DNA from: an uncultured delta proteobacterium
Lineage (GTDB): Bacteria > Myxococcota > Myxococcia > Myxococcales > Anaeromyxobacteraceae
Length of the DNA stretch: 64,000 bases
Assembly (NCBI GenBank): GCA_963814585.1
Contig: CAWFDF010000016.1
Span: 1 to 64,000 of the forward strand
Reading direction: 5' to 3'
A model generated the notes under the pieces. It saw only the letters and a list, made by a program, of their open reading frames with translations. It ran no database searches and was not told where the DNA came from. A program made the position numbers and the translations under genes. Positions 62,272-64,000 of this stretch are shown one piece after another (the first letter of the stretch is position 1; every line of letters begins with the position of its first letter).

Positions 62272-63363
62272 GTGATACCGTTCCCGTGGCGCCACGAAGC
62301 CGACGCCGCCGCGCCCTTTGCGGCGTCAACCGATTATTCCTCCGACGCCGGCTGGCTCTTCCTGTGGTTCCCCACCGCGCCGCCGCTCCAGCGCGCCGCC
62401 GACCTGCTGCGCGACACCGCGCATGACACCACGCTGTCCCGCTCCTGCCTCCAGGTGCGCATCGCCCCGGACGGGCTCGAGACCTGTGTCCAGCTCCTCG
62501 GGTCCGGGCTCGGCGAGGCGGTGGCGCGCCGCGCCCGCGCGCTGGTGATCCCCGGCGGCGAGCGGCCCACGCTCGACGATTTCGGCCGCATCACTTCGCT
62601 GCACGAGCTCAACGTGGCGGCGCAGACCGGCTGGCTGCTCGGCCAGTTCGAGTCGGGCAGCATCACCAGCCACTTCCACCCCATCGTCCACGCCGGCGAC
62701 ACCACGCGGGTCTTCGCCCACGAGGCGCTGCTGCGCGGCCGCGGGCGCGACGGCAAGCCGCTGGAGCCGCTCACCGTCCTGCAGCGGGCGCGCGAGGCCG
62801 GGCTCTTCCAGGAGCTCGACCTGGCCGCTTGCTGCTGCGCCATCCGCGAGTCGGCCTACCTGGCCGACGACGTCACCGTCTTCATCAACTTCTCGCCGGC
62901 CATGATGGACGACGCCAAGAGCTGCCTCAGGGCCACGGTGGCGGCCATCGAGTCCGCCGGGATGGCGCCGCAGCGCTTCGTCTTCGAGGTCATCGAGGCC
63001 GACCGCATCGAGGACGCCGACCACCTCAACGACGTGCTCGACTGCTACCGGAGCGACGGCTTCCGGGTCGCCCTCGACGACCTGGGCGCCGGCTGGTCCA
63101 CCCTCAACCTGGTCCACCGGCTGCGCCCGGACTTCATCAAGCTCGATCGCGAGCTGATCAAGGACGTGCACGCCGACCGCGTCAAGGACCTGATCGCCAG
63201 CAAGCTGCTCGAGATCGGCCACGGCCTCGGCATCAAGACCATCGTCGAGGGCGTGGAGCAGGAGCAGGAGCTGGAGTGGGCGCGGCAGCGCGGCGCCGAC
63301 TTCGTGCAGGGGTTCCTCATCGCCAGGCCGGGTCCGAGCGCCCGGCCGGTGGCGCGGGGGTGA
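62272..63363 (+). CDS. EAL-domain c-di-GMP phosphodiesterase (start uncertain)
   Basis: FHPIV, HEALLR, FIN.SP, FEV.E, DDLGAG.S, PDFIKLDR, EGVE, QGF. Confidence 0.9.
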   Translation: MIPFPWRHEADAAAPFAASTDYSSDAGWLFLWFPTAPPLQRAADLLRDTAHDTTLSRSCLQVRIAPDGLETCVQLLGSGLGEAVARRARALVIPGGERPTLDDFGRITSLHELNVAAQTGWLLGQFESGSITSHFHPIVHAGDTTRVFAHEALLRGRGRDGKPLEPLTVLQRAREAGLFQELDLAACCCAIRESAYLADDVTVFINFSPAMMDDAKSCLRATVAAIESAGMAPQRFVFEVIEADRIEDADHLNDVLDCYRSDGFRVALDDLGAGWSTLNLVHRLRPDFIKLDRELIKDVHADRVKDLIASKLLEIGHGLGIKTIVEGVEQEQELEWARQRGADFVQGFLIARPGPSARPVARG

Positions 63364-63364
63364 C

Positions 63365-64000
63365 GTGCACCCGCGCCTGCGCCGCCAGCTCGCCGAGCTG
63401 CTCGATGCCGACGAGGCCACCCGGCCCTCGCTGAAGCGGCTGTGGCGGGAGATCGAGGCCGAGTACCGCCGGGCCGACCAGGACCACGCCGCGCTGGAGC
63501 ACGCCCTCGCCCTGGTGACCGGCCTGGTGCGCCCGCCCGCCGCGCCCGAGGCGTCTCCGTCGCCGCTCCAAGGCCACGCCGCTGTCCCGGCTGCGCCGCC
63601 AGCTCTTCGAGCGGGCCCCCTTCGCCGCCCTCCTCTGCGACCGGCACCTGCAGGTGCTGGCCTGGAACGGCGCCGCCGAGCGCCAGTTCGGCCACGCCGG
63701 GAAGGACGCGGTGGGGCGGAGGCTGGCCGACCTGCTCTTCTCCGAGAACGACCGGGCCGCGGTGCAGCGCGAGCTGCTGGGGCACCTCGAGCGCGGCGAG
63801 GTCGACCAGTCGCTTCGGGTCGCCTCGCGCCGCTCCGGAGAGGCCCGCCTCGACGAGTGGACGCTGGTGCCGCTGCCGGACCGGGACGGGCACCCCATGG
63901 GCGCCGCCATCCTGGTGCGGGAGCCCTTCGCCTCCGACGACCGCTACGCGGTGGCCTGGCAGGGGACCGGCGACGGCATCTTCGACTGGGACCTGCGCTC
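63365..64000 (+). CDS. PAS-domain signalling protein, 5' part (runs off the window; probable frameshift)
   Basis: VHPRLRRQL coiled N-terminus; WN.AAE..FG....AVGR PAS; RY..A..G..DGIFDWD. Confidence 0.7.
   Translation, partial: MHPRLRRQLAELLDADEATRPSLKRLWREIEAEYRRADQDHAALEHALALVTGLVRPPAAPEASPSPLQGHAAVPAAPPALRAGPLRRPPLRPAPAGAGLERRRRAPVRPRREGRGGAEAGRPALLRERPGRGAARAAGAPRARRGRPVASGRLAPLRRGPPRRVDAGAAAGPGRAPHGRRHPGAGALRLRRPLRGGLAGDRRRHLRLGPAL

Overview
Very GC-rich bacterial DNA (roughly 70-75% by eye). Gene content suggests Myxococcota, Anaeromyxobacter-like (inference). Many genes carry single-base frameshifts that look like long-read or assembly errors, so I reconstructed those genes across frames. 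Layout: (1) 1-11.8 kb is a surface-glycan cluster: flippase, DegT aminotransferase, methyltransferase, GT2/GT4 enzymes and GT-C-like membrane proteins. (2) 12-30 kb is an extracellular electron transfer locus: Fn3 lipoprotein, PPIase, a roughly 42-heme lipoprotein cytochrome, an NHL beta-propeller, two OmcS-family hexaheme cytochromes, a 9-10-heme cytochrome, an outer-membrane beta-barrel, two CsgG-like proteins and a second PPIase. It resembles the Geobacter omcS-companion (osc) nanowire assembly cluster and has two sigma54 promoters that share an upstream enhancer-like motif. (3) 30-36 kb holds TMTC-like TPR membrane glycosyltransferases. (4) 37-47 kb is an ArsR-rhodanese / sulfurtransferase / YeeE / periplasmic Asp-ligated DMSO-reductase-family molybdoenzyme operon of unknown substrate. 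Two of its small proteins end in GCL. It is followed directly by (5) an sco plus caa3 (A2-type) oxidase operon, and both operons carry the same TTGAC-N4-ATCAA box. (6) 54-61 kb is a NosL/YtkA/ABC putative copper-handling cluster with no nosZ in the window. (7) An orphan IS3 OrfA-like gene, an EAL gene and a PAS gene close the window. A 175-bp structured REP/MITE-like element occurs twice. No rRNA, tRNA or CRISPR array was seen.
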